This document shows positions 44,838-46,548 of a DNA stretch of 46,548 nucleotides, one piece after another. The position numbers and the translations under genes are program-made. The notes under the pieces were generated by a model. That model was not told the origin of the DNA, made no database searches, and worked only from the letters and a program-made list of their open reading frames with translations. Origin of the DNA: an uncultured Clostridia bacterium (GTDB taxonomy: Bacteria > Bacillota > Clostridia > TANB77 > CAG-508); NCBI GenBank assembly GCA_944388745.1, contig CALXJZ010000003.1, positions 1 to 46,548 on the forward strand, given 5' to 3'. Every line of letters starts with the position of its first letter. The first letter of the stretch is position 1.

Positions 44838-46548
44838 ATGAAATTGAAAAAAGTATTAGTAGTTATTGTATTAGCGATTGCTTTTATGCTTAATGTTTTA
44901 TTATATTCAAATGTAGTTTATGCAGCAACAGCCAGTACACCAATGTATTTAGGAATTACTGAATTAAAAATGGATAGTGGAATGGGATATGCAATAGGAG
45001 ATCCAGGTACAGGAAGTACAACAAGCACAGCTGCAAAAATATGGAATATTGTAAAATATAGTACAGCTTCATCTAATGATCCAACTGAGGCAAATATTTA
45101 TTGTGTAAAATCAGGGGTTGGTTTTCAAAATACAAATGAAAGAGCGACTTATGATATTTTTTATGATATGAAGTCTCAAAAAAGTGAAATTCAAGAACAA
45201 AATGAAGTATTAAGAGGATTAGTAGAAGGAACTATAGAATTAGATGATGGAACAACTATAAGCCAATATAGTGCTATACTTGCTTCATTAGATTTATTTT
45301 ATTATAGCAAGACATCTTCTGAAGAAGATCGAGCAGCTTTATTGCAGGCAGCACAAGTTCCTACTTATACATATAATTTAACTGATGATGATATAGAAGC
45401 TGTTCAACAAGCAGCATTATGGTATTTTACAAATTATGGAGAAGATAATGGGAAATTTGATCAAACTTCAAAATCTGGATGGTTAAATTATACAACAAAT
45501 GGAACTAGCTATACAAGTTTAGGGGATTATAATATAGGAACGAGGGAAGGACAACAAAGAGAAGAACAAGCACAAATTTTATATAATTATTTAGTTAGAA
45601 CAGCTATAAAAAATGCACCTAAATATGACAATGTTGGAACACAATCAACAGGTGCACCTGCACAAGTAAATACAACAAGAATAGATTATGAGGAAAGTAA
45701 TGGTAATTATATTATAGGACCAATTAATATTTCAGAAAATGCAAGTAATCCATCTTCATATACTATTGATTTTGTTGTTGAAGAAGCAGGAATAGAGACA
45801 TCTGATTATAAATTATTAGATAGTAACCAATCAGAAGTATCTCAAGGAACAACAGTAAAAGATTTAGTAGGACAAAATTTCTATATTTCTGTACCTAATA
45901 CTGTAAATATTGGAGATATTAGTGTTAATATAACTATTAATTATAGTAATACGAAATTAACATTATGGGTATCAAGTACAAATAATGGAGAACAACCAGT
46001 AGTAATACCAGAAAAAGAAAATGTGTCAGTACCAACTGAATTAACTATTACACAACATGATGACAGAGAATTTGACTTAGCATTAAGAAAATACATTACT
46101 GAAGTAAATGGAGTGGAATTAACAGGAGCAAATGTTAGAGTTCCAAATATTGACGAATCAACATTAGCTTCAGGTACAACTGCTACATATAAACACAAAA
46201 AAGACCCAGTTCTTATAGAATCAGGTGATGTAGTAACTTATAGAATTACAATATACAATGAAGGAGAAAAGTCTGGTAGAGCAACAAAAATAGTAGACCA
46301 ATTACCAGAAGGATTAGCATTTTCTCAAGTTGTAAGTGGAAACTTTGAATTAGATAGTTATGATGAAGAGACTAATAGATTGAGTTTAAAGAGAAGTGAT
46401 AGTAACACAGAAAATTTAGACCCATATACAGAAGGAAATTTAGACTCAGAAACTATAGAAATAGAATGTACAGTAACAGCAACACCAGATACTCAAAATT
46501 CAACAATATTAACAAATGTTGCATGGATTTCAGAAGAATATGATGCAG
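44838..46548 (+). CDS. Cys-Gln thioester-domain surface protein with DUF11-like repeat (3'-truncated by window edge; absent from ORF track)
   Basis: RBS aaggag; hand translation MKLKKVLVVIVLAIAF..VVYA, IYCVKSG (C89), QQAALWYF, EQPVV (Q386), FDLALRKYI, GDVVTYRITIYNEG; no stop found to window end. Confidence 0.88.
   Translation, partial: MKLKKVLVVIVLAIAFMLNVLLYSNVVYAATASTPMYLGITELKMDSGMGYAIGDPGTGSTTSTAAKIWNIVKYSTASSNDPTEANIYCVKSGVGFQNTNERATYDIFYDMKSQKSEIQEQNEVLRGLVEGTIELDDGTTISQYSAILASLDLFYYSKTSSEEDRAALLQAAQVPTYTYNLTDDDIEAVQQAALWYFTNYGEDNGKFDQTSKSGWLNYTTNGTSYTSLGDYNIGTREGQQREEQAQILYNYLVRTAIKNAPKYDNVGTQSTGAPAQVNTTRIDYEESNGNYIIGPINISENASNPSSYTIDFVVEEAGIETSDYKLLDSNQSEVSQGTTVKDLVGQNFYISVPNTVNIGDISVNITINYSNTKLTLWVSSTNNGEQPVVIPEKENVSVPTELTITQHDDREFDLALRKYITEVNGVELTGANVRVPNIDESTLASGTTATYKHKKDPVLIESGDVVTYRITIYNEGEKSGRATKIVDQLPEGLAFSQVVSGNFELDSYDEETNRLSLKRSDSNTENLDPYTEGNLDSETIEIECTVTATPDTQNSTILTNVAWISEEYDA

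Overview
Very AT-rich chromosomal window from a spore-forming Clostridia-like Firmicute (taxon inferred from spoIIE, coat-type genes, mecA and the mreBCD-mrdA-minC block). Most of it is core genome: pcrA 3' end, mecA, radC-mreBCD-mrdA-minC, spoIIE, acpS, tatD, lemA-htpX, a yabE-like gene, exoA/xth and an AI-2E transporter. A 17.6-kb block of giant secreted, wall-anchored proteins (14.8-32.4 kb) interrupts it, and a further thioester-type adhesin runs off the right edge. Main signals: (1) The 2799-aa ORF is a head-to-tail fusion of paralogues of the two preceding genes. It keeps an internal sorting signal (SIETG-TM-basic) followed by a second signal-peptide-like segment, so it is a candidate bacterial polyprotein yielding two wall-anchored proteins. 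(2) A dispersed family of sense-oriented hairpins at gene 3' ends has a conserved GGGAC core and variable stems. (3) Three long (120-230 nt) rod-like intergenic palindromes with internal loops, two of them inside the mre operon. (4) An Rpn-family nuclease with an internal RBS/ATG for a small C-terminal product. No rRNA, tRNA, CRISPR array, reverse transcriptase or sortase gene was recognised. All calls come from reading the sequence by eye; no searches were run.
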